Part shown: positions 11,550 to 20,935 of the stretch, one piece after another
How the letters are laid out: each line of letters starts with the position of its first letter
Numbering within the stretch: the stretch's first letter is position 1
Assembly (NCBI GenBank): GCA_043228905.1
Contig: JBHGNT010000017.1
Coordinates: 11,346,001-11,410,000, forward strand
Direction: 5' to 3'
Source: Azolla caroliniana
Taxonomy: Eukaryota; Plantae; Polypodiophyta
Length of the DNA: 64,000 nt
Notes under the pieces: model-generated
Told to the model about the DNA's origin: nothing
Databases searched by the model: none
Seen by the model: the letters and a program-made list of their open reading frames with translations, nothing else
Made by a program: the position numbers and the translations under genes

Positions 11550-14162
11550 TCCGCCCCCACCTAACCGCGCATCCACCGGCATGCGCCAATTGTGTTGGGA
11601 CGGAGAAAACCAGTCCAGCCTTCATTCCCCGCCCGTCGGTTCTTCCTCAGTTTCGGGTCGCTCGTCGTCGCGGTCCAAATCAACCTGATCCGGCTCGTCG
11701 TCGTGACGCTTCTTGAACGTCTTGATCCGCTTCCCAGCTACCGGTATCGTCATTCTTGTACCGTCGAGTTCCGCCAGATGGTACGTCCCGTTTTCGTTGG
11801 CGCTTTGTACCACGTAAGGCCCGAACCACCTTCTTGCGAACTTCCGTGTCGCCCGGTGCTGGTTGTCGAGGCCACTGTCGTAGACTAGCACCCAGTCGCC
11901 TTCCTCGATCTTCTTCGGTCAGAGCCGGTGGGTTCGGTCGAACCGGGCTTTGTTCCTCATCCTTGCTTCCCGAAGCTTTTCCGCAGCCTGCTCCACGTCC
12001 TCCGGTCTCCGCTCGAGCTGTTGTATGCGCGCCGTCAGCAGTTCCTCCTGGCTCATCTCGTCTCTCCACCCCACGGTTGCCCATGAGGAGACCGTACGTT
12101 CGATCGGCATGATCGGCTTCTGCCCAAACATGAGCTCTGCCGGCATGAATCCGGTTACCGAACTGTGCATAGTCCGGTCAGCCCACAACGCGTAAGGCAG
12201 TAGCCGCGGCCAGTTACTGACTCGACCTCCGCATGCCCGAACTAACGCCTTGACGATCGGCCCGTGTCCGTGCTCTACCTTTCCATTCGCCTCAGGATTG
12301 TACGCAGTGGTAAGCGAGAACTTGACTCCTAGCCGGTCGAACAGCTCCTCGGCCTCTTCGGCGTCCAACTCCCCGCGATCAGCCACGATCTTCCCGACGC
12401 ACCCGTACCGGCATATTACGTCCTCAAGCAGGAACCTACATACGACTGCAGTCGTTTTGTTCTGAAGGGCCCGGCCTTCCACCTGGTTTGTTAGATCTTC
12501 CCGAGCCAGGACCAGATACCGCATCTGTCCTACTCCCATCGGCATCGTTACCAGGTCTACCATCCATTTGAAGTGGATGGTCGGAGGGTACGTAGGGTGA
12601 AGTTCGTCCCGGCGTCGGACTATGGAGTGCATCTGACAGCTCTCGCAAGTTGTCATGAATCGATGTACGTCCCGGTACAGTCCCGGCCACCAGTACTTCC
12701 CCTTTATCTTCTCGAACGTGGCCCAGGTTCCACGGTGTCCGGCCCAAGGGCTGTCGTGGTAGGCCGTCAGCAGCTCCTCCTGTTCTTCCTTCATCGCCAC
12801 CACCCGGAGCGGAGCGCCGTCCCTCTTCTTCGGGTGCTTCCATAAGTATCCGTCCCGGAGAAAGAATCGGTAAGCTTTCTTCCGGATCCGGTTTGCCTCG
12901 TCCCTCGTCCATGACGCATCCGGCGTCATCGTCCTCAAAAACCCACCAATCTGGAGCCACTCGCCGTCGTACTTGCTCTCGTCGAAGTCGTTAAGCGCCG
13001 GAGTGCTCGTCCCATCGGCCGTTACGTATGCTGCCTCGAAGAAGTCCACGCCGACTTCTTCGTCCTCCGAAACCATGCCGCCCTCGTCATCAAACCTCGC
13101 CCTCGAAAGCATGTCGGCCATGGCATTGTCTTTTCCGGAAATGTGTCGAATCTCCGGGTCCAGGGACTTGATGTACGCTATCCACCTGAGCATCGCCAGG
13201 TCCGGTGTCGCGCATCCGGAAACCATGCCAAGAATTGGCAGGCAATCTGTCTCGATAACCACTTCTGCCCCGATCAGGTAGTCTTTGTCGGCCTTTACTG
13301 CCGAAACGATACCCCAGAGTTCGCGTTTAACCTGGGCGTACCCTCGCTGTCGCTCACTGAGGACCTTCGCGCCGAATCGGATCGGGAACCGAATGCCGTC
13401 CTCGTCTTCTTGGTTGACGACCCATCCGATCCCGGTCGGACTCGTATCCACCGTTATGCATACCAGGATACCCTTCCCGTAGACAGCCTTCCGGAGTGCC
13501 GGTGCTGCCGCAAGAGCTTCCTTCAGCTTCCGGACCGACTCTGTATGCTCGTCTCGCCATTCGAATTTTTGCCCTTTCTTCAGCAACCCGTATAGCGGCT
13601 CCGCAACGTGGGCGTAATGCGGGATCCATATGTGGTAGAACGCGCATGCCCCCAGGAACCTCCGAACTTCCGTAACCGAGCTACAACCGGTCTTCATCGC
13701 GGAGATGGCTTCTACCTTTGCCGGAGACGGCTTCCGGCCATATGGCCCACATAGGTGTCCGACTACCAGGATTTCCGATTGCCCGAAGGCCGATTTCTCC
13801 CCGGAGAAGGTGAGCCTCGCATCCTCCAGCCTCTGTAGCACCTTCTCGCAGTCGTCGATGTGTGTCGCCACGAATCGCCGACATCCGTCCGGCCCGACTG
13901 TCTCGTCCTTCTCCTCCACCGGGCACCCCTTTATCGGGATGTCGTCCAGAAATGGCATTGTGATGTCCGGGATGCAATCCCTCAGTACTTTGTTCATTGC
14001 ATTCACCATGTGGGCCACCGAGTTGGTCCCTCCTTGTGGCAGGGTACACATTCGCACTAGGCCGAGGGGAGTTCGCATCGTCGTAATGTCTCTGCTCTCC
14101 ACGGCTAGCTGGAACTGGTCGTACCCTGAGTACAGATCACCGACCGAGTAAATCGACCTTCC

Positions 14163-14420
14163 GGCAAAGGCCTCCGCGAACTCGTCTATGGTCGGTCCGA
14201 TTCCTGCGTTTCGAATGGTCACTCTGTTGACCGGCTGCAGGTCTTGAATGAAGCGCAACGTTCCGTTTTTCTTCGGTACTGTAAACCATCGGGCAAAGGC
14301 CTCCGCGAACTCGTCTATGGTCGGTCCGATTCCTGCGTTTCGAATGGTCACTCTGTTGACCGGCTGCAGGTCTTGAATGAAGCGCAACGTTCCGTTTTTC
14401 TTCGGTACTGTAAACCATCG
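14163..14420. repeat. 129-bp tandem duplication within RT (in frame, 43 aa)
   Basis: RWFTVPKKNGTLRFIQDLQPVNRVTIRNAGIGPTIDEFAEAFA occurs twice in G3 and once in G4. Confidence 0.95.
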
Positions 14421-15156
14421 GTTCGAGTATGGGGCACTCGACGGTTCAAAAATGCCCATATCGACTTTCTGCCTCAATAGCTCCATCAACTTCGGGATGT
14501 GAGCTCTCGGTACCGGAATCGGCTTGAGATTCCACGGCACATGCGGTATCGTGAATATCACCATCGGCTCCACGATCGTCGGGTCTACGCACCTAATCTC
14601 TTCCGGTGAGAATGCGAAGGCTTTCTCGTGCCTTCCGAGCATCCTCCGAAACCGGTCTTCCTCCGCCGGCAGTAGGAACCCGCCCCCGCGATTTTGAGCT
14701 CCCGGAGCGTCCCGTTGGTGAAGGTGTGTCCTATGCAGGCCGGATCTCGTAAACTGGGGTTCGACGCAACCCCTCTGATCCGGGACTCGCTGCCCTCCGG
14801 TAAGGGTGCCGCGACTGGCCTTATTTTCCGGTCCACAGTCTTGTACCTTGTGCTAACCCGGACCGTCCGATCCGACCCGAGCCCCCGACTGAAGTTCGCG
14901 ATGACTTCGTACATCTCTTCGGAACATACCGGTATCGTCCGGTCTTCGTTAAGGTCTTCTCCGGCAACCTTCCTCAGCATTCCTAAGGTGTCGTCGAAGG
15001 AGACCGCCTCCACGGCTCCGCTGATTTCCTCGTCCGGGCCGAGAACTCCGCACGCTCGAAGTCGCTCTTCCGCCCTTGTCTTTTCTCGGCCAACGATGCC
15101 GACCATCATACACCCTCCGTTGTCGGAGAAGCAAAACCTCCTACCTATCGTACAAT

Positions 15157-15223
15157 CGTGGGGTCTTTCCCGAGTGTCCGGACTGTCTCGGCCCCACGCC
15201 TTGGCAGCCCTCTCTAAAAATCC
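15157..15223 (-). promoter_or_regulatory. Putative -1 ribosomal frameshift signal (G3 copy)
   Basis: Heptamer GGATTTT at 15223-15217, spacer TAGAGA, stem GGGCTG/CAGTCC, and loop CGTGGGG pairing with CCCCACG. The -1 frame reads GFLERAAKAWGRD... into ORF 14585-15109. Confidence 0.8.
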
Positions 15224-17340
15224 TCCCGGTTCTCGCCACCGAGGGATTCGCGGTTTCTCTCGTGGTTCGGCCGCACCGTCAGAAACTGAACCGAATGGCG
15301 CCCGTCCTGGCTTTTGACCCTCGCGTAGGCCGACCCGTTGTCCAGCACCTTGGTCTCCATTCTCGCCGCCGTGATGTATGGTTCCCCTAATATGACCGGA
15401 TGCGAGGACGTCTCCTGTACGAAGAAGTGTTGGTCAATCTCGACGTCGCCGATCTTTACTCGCACATTCGGGCAGGCCCCGTGCAGTTCCTCGGTGGCGC
15501 GCGTTGCCGCCCGTATCTTCCACCCGTGCCTGGTGTTGATCGGCCATTTTCCCTTCTTATAGAAGTCCATGGACATTAGGTTTACTTCCGAACCGTGGTC
15601 CACCAATGCCACCACCGGTTCCTGAACATCTCCGATTTTTACCGGGGTCTCCGTGGTCGCTCGGGCCCAGTGTGGCCTTGAATAGTGGCTCTCCGCCCAC
15701 TCATCCTCCAGCGCCGAGTCGTCGATGTGCGTCGTCCGTACCTCCACCGGTCTTTCCGGTTCCGTCTCCGTCGACAGTCTCTTCCGTTTCACCAAGTCTA
15801 CAATGGAGTCGTGGAACTCCTTCTTGGCGATCCCTAGCACCTCCCGTAATGACAGCTCCACTTTGCTGTCGAGGATCCGTTCTTCTAGGACCTTTCGTAG
15901 GTCCGTAGTCCTTTCTATTTCTGTCCCCAGTCGGTACCCGCCCTTCCTGGGGTTATCTTGCGGGCCGGGCCCACCGGCATCGTTCCGTCGTTGCCCGAAT
16001 CGGGTCTCGTACCGTTGTGAGGGCCCGGCCGCTCCGGCTTTCCCCACTCGTTTGTCTTCTACCAGAGCCTCGTAGTTCCGGCAAGCGGCTTCTACGAAGC
16101 CCGTCTTCTCCTCGACCGGATTGCTCCACCCAGTTATTTCCCGGACCCTTCTCTCAGCACGGTCCGTTTCATCTTTCCTCAGCTGCGCGCCGGCGAGGCC
16201 CTCCAGCATTGCCGACCAGAAACCGTCTTTACTCTCCTTTCGGGCCTCGCTGCCCCCGACCCGAATGCCGGCTGACGCCGAGTAGTGGATGGCCTCCACG
16301 TGTCGGGCCGCTGCCTCTTCCATCAGTCTCTTCATACCTCCTCGCCCGTCGTTTCGGCTCAGGGCCCTCCTGGTGTCGCCAGCGTGCACCCGGCCTTCCC
16401 ACAGGTACACCACCCGGTTTCTCAACGCCTCTGCGAAATCGCCGCAGTCCTTCCGGATGTGGCCCACCTCGTCGCACCACATGCACCTGTTCCCTACTGT
16501 CGGCCGTCGGTCATGAGCCGGTTCGCCGCCTTCCCTTCGAGTCTGGGTGATCTGGAGATCCTTTATCGCCCGCGTCAACTCCTCCAGCGCTGCTCCTCCA
16601 GACGAGCCATTGACCATGCCGGTCGAAGTCGGACCGGTTTCGAGCCATTCCCGAGTTTCTTCCCTTCGTACTTGCGGCGCCGGTTCAAGCCTCCTTGCTG
16701 TAACAGAGCCCGCACCGGCCGCCCCGTTGTCAGCCCATTCTCGCCGTTTGTCGAAACGGCCACAGACTCTCTTAACCGCAGCCCAGTCGGTTGTCAGCCC
16801 GTCTTCAGTTTCCAGCAAGGAGCCGACTTGATCCCGGTCCCGCTCGTCCACCGACTTGACGAACAGTAGGACCCGGCTCGTATCCAGGATAGTTCGGTCA
16901 AGCGCCGAAAGGCGCGCAAAGCGTTCTTCGAACTCCCGGAGGAGTGCCGACGCGTTTCTTCCCTTGCCGGGGAACTCCACCCATTCCATGAAGTCCCGTT
17001 TCGAAAGCCGGAGCGCGTCGTCCAGCCCATATTTCTCTAGGAGTCGGCCTTCAAACTCCTCCCAGGTACGGCTCTCCGCCCGTACCTCGAGCACCTCCGC
17101 ATGGATGCTCGGCATCGCCACTCGAGGGAACTCGGCAAGACGCCTCTCTTCCGGAATGTCCCGCATCAGCATTTCCGCCCCGTAGGACGCCAAATACTTC
17201 GTAGCATCCTTTCCGCTAAAATGGCCGATCGTACCGATGACCGCCTCAATGGCTCTGTCGAGGGCACCGGTGCCCTCGCGTGTGCTCAATATCCGGTCCA
17301 CGGCCGAAGCCATGGCCTCTGCAAGATACGACCCCCTCAT
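15214..17340 (-). CDS. gag: Gag-protease polyprotein of G3 (intact ORF)
   Basis: The ATG just after the PBS is shared with G2 and G4. Contains CCHC knuckle CMWCDEVGHIRKDC and protease LVDHGSEVNLM...ILGEPY. Ends ...REDF-stop. Confidence 0.9.
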   Translation of the reverse strand: MRGSYLAEAMASAVDRILSTREGTGALDRAIEAVIGTIGHFSGKDATKYLASYGAEMLMRDIPEERRLAEFPRVAMPSIHAEVLEVRAESRTWEEFEGRLLEKYGLDDALRLSKRDFMEWVEFPGKGRNASALLREFEERFARLSALDRTILDTSRVLLFVKSVDERDRDQVGSLLETEDGLTTDWAAVKRVCGRFDKRREWADNGAAGAGSVTARRLEPAPQVRREETREWLETGPTSTGMVNGSSGGAALEELTRAIKDLQITQTRREGGEPAHDRRPTVGNRCMWCDEVGHIRKDCGDFAEALRNRVVYLWEGRVHAGDTRRALSRNDGRGGMKRLMEEAAARHVEAIHYSASAGIRVGGSEARKESKDGFWSAMLEGLAGAQLRKDETDRAERRVREITGWSNPVEEKTGFVEAACRNYEALVEDKRVGKAGAAGPSQRYETRFGQRRNDAGGPGPQDNPRKGGYRLGTEIERTTDLRKVLEERILDSKVELSLREVLGIAKKEFHDSIVDLVKRKRLSTETEPERPVEVRTTHIDDSALEDEWAESHYSRPHWARATTETPVKIGDVQEPVVALVDHGSEVNLMSMDFYKKGKWPINTRHGWKIRAATRATEELHGACPNVRVKIGDVEIDQHFFVQETSSHPVILGEPYITAARMETKVLDNGSAYARVKSQDGRHSVQFLTVRPNHERNRESLGGENREDF

Positions 17341-17362
17341 CTTCTGCTCTTCTACCGCCTCT

Positions 17363-17380
17363 TTCACGTCGGGTTCACCA
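17363..17380 (-). promoter_or_regulatory. Primer binding site complementary to tRNA-Trp
   Basis: TGGTGAACCCGACGTGAA is the reverse complement of the plant cytosolic tRNA-Trp 3' end (...UUCACGUCGGGUUCACCA, recalled). It lies 4 nt from the LTR. Confidence 0.9.
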
Positions 17381-17384
17381 AATA

Positions 17385-18024
17385 TGTCGAGGTATTCCTC
17401 GCGGATGCGTGGAGTGAGGCGGGACCTCGGGGGTCCTGTACCGAAGAGTAAAAGAGAGAGAGAGAGAGACCCACTACGTGCGAGCGTAGATTCACAGGGA
17501 CACGGCCCTTCGACGCAAAGATGCGAGTGGCACAGCGACACAGAAAGACACGAAAGTATGTATGTATTGACAAGACAAACAACAAGAACACGAAGACAAC
17601 AAAACACGAAGTCGGTTACAACCGAACAGGCCGGCGGACAGATGCGGATACCTGTTCGTAAACGCACAGAAAGACAGGAACAAGTTGGAGGTGCTACCGG
17701 AAGCACTCGGGCATTCCTCAGAGCAGCGCGAGCCTCCCGAAACCTGCACAGAAGGAAGCTATGGAGTCTGCAAACCAGAGAGAGAGAGAGAGAAGCATTC
17801 GCGCCCAATCCGACAGCACTTCGTCCTCGACTCTCCGCGATCCCTTTACTCTCCTCGTCTCCCTCCTTTTATAGGCAAGGAAGGAGCCGTTCCCCCCCCT
17901 TTACTCCCTACCTACCGAATTTACCTAGGATCTCCTATGTACAACTTAAGGCGCACGTGCATGAAGAGTCGGTTTCTACGCTCCGGTACACCGATTCCGC
18001 TTGTGGACGGTTTTCTTCACGACA
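17385..18024 (-). repeat. G3 5' LTR
   Basis: Direct repeat of 10909-11549, with a minus-strand TATA box CCTATAAAAG, followed by the PBS. Confidence 0.95.
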
Positions 18025-20935
18025 ACGGGGTTCTTGGCGAGTTGCATGATGCTTATGTTCATCGTAGTAGACCAGAAATCGGGGTCGGTACCTCGATTCG
18101 TAGGTCTTGCAGCAGTTGCCAAAGCCAAGTGGCTTCACAGGTGGCAATTGTAGCGCCTCGATACTCAGCCTCATTACTCGATAGAGCAATTGTTGGCTGC
18201 TTTTTGCTGCTCCATGCAACAGCCGCGCTACCTACGGAAAACATGTAACCGGAGGTTGATTGGCGATCTGATGCATCGCCGGCCCAATCGGCATCTATGC
18301 AACCAACCAGCTCTTCGGGTATACCGCGCCGGTATAACAGGCCCCGATCCTTTGTGCCGCTTACATATCGTAGTATCCGCTGCGCGCACTGAAGCTGCTC
18401 CACAGTCGGCTTCTGCATGAACTGACTTATCATTCCGACCGGATAGCTGATGTCGGGTCACGTGATAGCCACACACTTCCGCCACCTTGGTCATGTACGC
18501 ATAGTGATGCGCCGTGTACTCATTGTACCCGTACCGCTTGACGAGATCCTTCTGGCGGGTGGACCGGCGTAACTCACCATTACTCGGTTTGAGGCCCTTC
18601 TTGTCCGTTTCGGTCTTTGTTGCCGAAGATCCGCCTTTGTCCTTGCTGGAGTCGGATGCACACCGATTCGACTCATCGTTGCCGGTTTCGAATTCCGACA
18701 TCTTTTTCTTCCCTTTCTCTTTGTGCATGAACCGTCTCCTTGGTTCCTTGCGCGGGGAGAGCACGGTAGAGTCTCCACTACTCGTCGGTTCCTCATCGGA
18801 CTAGTTAGATTGACTCAGTTTCTCGTTCAGCCCACTCAACTGAAATGATTCTGAACTCTCATCCTGAGTTCATGATTCATCATCATCTACTCGGACTGGT
18901 TCAGGCTCACTAGCCTCATCCTTCGGCATCGGGTCGGATTCGGAAGTCGGAGTCGGTAAGGAGTACCACGATGCCGATTCATCGAACTCGACATCTCGAC
19001 AAACTCGGACTTGCTTTGTCTGGGGGTTATAACACTTATAACCCTTTTGCTCTTGAGCATAGCCGACTAGGATGCATTTTTCCGATTTTGCATCCAACTT
19101 CCTCCGCTTCTCATCCGGTACATGCACATATGCAATGCTACAGAAGATCTTAAGATGTCTCAAATTTGGCTTGCGCCCGAAATACAGCTCGTGAGCTGAC
19201 ACCTTGTCACCGATCCGGTTCTGGATGTACATAGCCGTTCGGACTGCCTCCGCCTAGTAGAATTTAGGCATGCTCTTCTCCTCCAGCATTGCCCTTGCCG
19301 CATCAATAAGTGACCGGTTCTTCCTTTCGGCAACACCATTCTTTTGCGGTGTGTATCTGCAGTTGAACTCTCGCCGAATTCCCTTTTGTTGCAGATAACT
19401 GTTGAATTGGCTGGAAAAGTATTCTTTTCCGCCATCCGACCGCAGACGTTTGATCTTCCTCTTTGATTCCCGTTCCACCATGCTTTGGAGACTCCATAAA
19501 CACTCGAAGACTTCACTCTTCCGCTCAATGAGGTAGATCCATGTGTGTCGCGTATAGTCGTCGATGAAGGAGACGAAATATCGACTCCCGCCAAGACTAA
19601 CATTTTGTGCCGGTCCCCACACATCCGAATGGATAAGGTCAAGCTTGTTACGGCTCCGGTTACATTTGGTAGGGAATGGAAGCCAGTGTTGCTTCCCGAG
19701 TTGGCAGGCTTCACATAAATGGGCCTTCCGGCTGCTGAACTTCGGCAAACCGAAAACAACTTGTTTCGCTTGCAGGTCTTGAAGCCTTCAGTAATTGACG
19801 TGGCCTATACGCTTGTGCCACAGGTCGATGTCCGATTCGACCTTCTGTCCTTTTGCAAACAGAGCGGTGCCGATGTCATTGGTGTCGAGGATAAACATCC
19901 TCCCGTCTCTGCGCCCTTGCGCAATAATCTGGCCCTCTTCCTTGATGAAGCACCCGAGGTGCGTAAACCGCCCCTGCATCCCTTGGATGACGATCTGTTT
20001 GACCGACACCAGGTTCTTCATGATTGTCGGAACGTGTAATACGTTCATCAACTTCCCCTTCCATCCGACGTGGCTGAAAGGGACTTCTCCGACGTGCACG
20101 ATTGGGTGAGGAGTGTCGTCTCCGGTTTCGACTACTCCTACTTGATCCGGTTTCTCATAAAAGGAGAACCACTCTTTGTGGCTCGTCATGTGGTTCAGCG
20201 CACTGGAATCAACATACCACACTTCCTCCGATTTGGAAGTGGTCTTCCTCATCGAGTTCGCCTCGTGCTTCATCACCAAGGCTGGCCCGTTACCGTTCTT
20301 GGATCCTCCGGATCCCTTCTCATAGTGCAAGCTTTGCTAGCCATCCTTGCCAGCCTTGTGGGATCCGGATTTGTCCGAATCGGCGCGTTTTCTCTAGCAC
20401 TCGCTTTCTCTGTGGCCTTTTTGCCACAGTACCAACATTCCGTTGCAGTCTTCTCTTGACGTCTTCCGGTGCCGCCATGACTTCTCTTGCTCCCGGAGGG
20501 TCCGGAACTACTATCGGCACGTTCTCTGTGCCTTTGTTCCTGGTCTTGTCGGCCGCCTCCATTGCGTGCCGACCCGCCTTGTACACCACGCCCATGGGAC
20601 CGATCCACTTCCGTGTACAACATCTGACTGTCAATGGGTGCGCTAGTTGACGCACCGGCGTGGTTCTCCTCTATAAGGAGCATCTACTGTAAGTCGAAAA
20701 ATGACGGCGTATTCTCCCTTGTACATACCGTCGTTCGGAATGCTTTGAACTTAGACGCCAGGCCCCCAAGACAGACCTGTACCATCTCGTCTTCCTCTAC
20801 GATAATGTTGATAGAGGCAAGAGAGTCACAAATCTCTTTGATCCAGGCTGTGTAATCCGCCACCGACATGTCCTTCTGTCGGACATTGCTCAAATCCTGT
20901 CGGAATTGCAGCTTTCGGGTTGTAGTGCTCGCGGC

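Larger units (their letters stand above)
11622..15223 (-). pseudogene. pol: Pol (linker-RT-RNase H-integrase) of G3, near-intact
   Basis: Motifs LPQG...PFLDDIPIKG, TVDTSPTGIG, HHCC, VDLVTM/VADRG/KVE and WFGPY. Defects: 1-nt frameshift near 14688, 129-nt duplication, TGA at 11919-11921. No chromodomain. Confidence 0.9.
10909..18024 (-). mobile_element. Full-length Ty3/gypsy copy G3 (LTRs 17385-18024 and 10909-11549, TSD ACGG)
   Basis: The 640/641-bp LTRs differ by about 8 substitutions and 1 indel (counted by eye). ACGG lies at 10905-10908 and 18025-18028. PBS at 17363-17380, PPT TAGGTGGGGGCGGA, domain order gag-PR-RT-RH-IN. Confidence 0.97.
9345..20935 (-). mobile_element. Ty1/copia family C2 element: LTR 9713-10112, degenerate gag-pol 18029-20935, RNase H end 10113-10908, plus a collapsed tandem unit 9345-9712
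   Basis: Contains gag, WYVDSSALNHM protease, HSDVWGP integrase and RNase H ORFs. Most of RT is deleted near 18470. PPT TTGAGGGGGAG abuts the LTR, which matches 43223-43644. The element is interrupted by G3. Confidence 0.85.

Noticed and set aside
14680-14695. Second programmed frameshift before RT in G3
   Set aside because: G4 is in frame here (KIGGGGFLLP), so this is a copy-specific 1-nt deletion.
17341-17808. 156-codon upstream extension of the gag ORF through the LTR (864-aa call)
   Set aside because: It starts at a non-ATG codon, is CT-microsatellite rich, and the corresponding LTR ORF in G4 is in another frame and stops at the PBS. The shared ATG at 17340 is the better start.
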